From: Octopus bimaculoides
Lineage: Eukaryota
Length of the DNA: 37,182 nucleotides
Assembly: GCF_001194135.2 (NCBI RefSeq)
Contig: NC_068983.1
Span: forward strand, 161,512,661 to 161,549,842
Direction of reading: 5' to 3'
The position numbers and the translations under genes are program-made. Below are positions 35,837 to 37,182 of this stretch, piece by piece. Numbering within the stretch: the stretch's first letter is position 1; each line of letters opens with the position of its first letter. The notes below the pieces were generated by a model. It was given only the letters and a program-made list of their open reading frames with translations. It had not been told where the DNA came from and did not search any database.

Positions 35837-36639
35837 CCGCAGTATAGTCTGTTCCAGTAGAACATCCACGTTAAATGGTGATAAATATTACCTCTTGGTA
35901 TTAATACTGCCTCTGTCGCAAATATATATTTTTCAAATCAGTGTGTCCGCCATAAACTACTGTACCAGAGATGCCAACCCCTATCCCTCTCACTCTCTTT
36001 CTCTCTCACACACACGTGCGCGCACATATACACACACGAAGGTCAGCATCCTGGTTATGGCGAAAAAAGTATGCCACTAAAACTGCTGCCAGTTTTTAAA
36101 TGAAAATAGTTTACTGGACGTGGTCCTGAATGAATTTGAACCATCAATGTGTTGGCTTGGGCATCCCTTATCACTATTACACTGGAAGTAAAGAATATAT
36201 GCAAAAAAAGTGAACTATTCCCCCAAAATGGGCAATTCAGAGTATAAGCTATTATAAAATGCAAGAATATACTTGCCAGATCTTCTTCACTCACTTTTAT
36301 AAATTGCCATATTACTAATTAATTTTTGCATGCTCGTACATGACATGTTCATCATTACTAAGAGCTCCTCTTTTGGTGATGAGGGTGAGATTACCCGAAG
36401 CATATGAAGTTAATAATCTGAATGATTCATTTTCTTCGTTTTTGCAAGTGTTGGAACTATTTTGCAAAAAAAAAAAAAAAATTATGCACATGCCGGATAA
36501 GAACATACGAAAGGGTATAACAAATTACCGATGGGAAAACCAGTCAACTTGTCGATGACTGTAGAACAATGAGTGAAGTTCTGAAACAGCAAGTCTCAGT
36601 TCAAAGCGGGCTCAAATGCGGCTAATATAGGCATTGAGC

Positions 36640-37020
36640 TAGCGAACGACAGTTCAGTTATGAAGTCGAGTCACTGATTCAGTTTTAATCGACACAATGA
36701 CTTTCTTCTCGTACTTCAAATGATTTGAAAATATTATTAAAATCGAACCGAAGCACAAGGAAGATGCATGGCGAGTCAGGTTACTCTTGAGGAAACTTGG
36801 CACAAGAGAACACGAAATATTGCAATTTTCTTCTGCGAAAGAATACGGAAGATTCAACTTCTGACCAGACCGTACAACAACTGCCAGAAATCTTGGGCGA
36901 AGATTCATTGTTGTCCAGTATTCGATGCAAGAAACTGATTAAACAGGAAAGTGAACTCTATATCACTTATGCAGGTAGGGTCGATCTTGAATGCGACCAG
37001 TTCAAGTTATTAACCGTGTG
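36640..37020 (+). mobile_element. Ty3/Gypsy gag fragment (K02A2.6-like group), degraded
   Basis: TFFSYFK*FENII...EDAWRVRLLLRKLGTREHE / YCNFLLRK...QTVQQLPEILGEDSLLSSIR...YITYAGRVDLECDQFKL matches the recalled pattern VRLLLRKLG..EH..YCN.ILPK...TYAG.VN.ECE.F. Confidence 0.75.
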
Positions 37021-37148
37021 TTACCCTAAACCTTACGAAACTCTTTAGAAGCCCCTCTGATGGCCTGCATTTGTAATTCAAAGGTACAACCAAGTCACAC
37101 TGTGTCATGTTGATTCTGTCAGAGAATTACTTTTATGTAAATGTGTGT

Positions 37149-37182
<34 letters not shown>

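Overview
AT-rich, microsatellite- and transposon-saturated eukaryotic DNA with 5 assembly gaps. The SINE repertoire points to an octopus or other coleoid cephalopod (inference). No host protein-coding exon could be recognised, and most listed ORFs are microsatellite or repeat read-through. Recognisable relics: two Tx1/L1-clade LINE pieces, three Tigger/pogo transposons, two MITE/foldback families, two related solo LTRs, a Ty3/Gypsy gag fragment, an R4-like restriction-endonuclease LINE, a Penelope-like RT, a CR1-like fragment and many tRNA-derived SINEs. The most unusual signal is a set of self-cleaving-ribozyme motifs in small repeats: (i) a 340/352-bp tandem-plus-inverted repeat with a minimal type I hammerhead (retrozyme or Penelope pLTR-like); (ii) a tRNA-headed SINE whose tail holds a Penelope-type hammerhead, inserted as a head-to-head pair; (iii) a repeat with hammerhead core nucleotides in a non-canonical strand order. 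There is also a TSD-flanked copy of nearby non-element DNA with a twin-priming-like inversion. All calls were made by eye; no database search or folding program was run.
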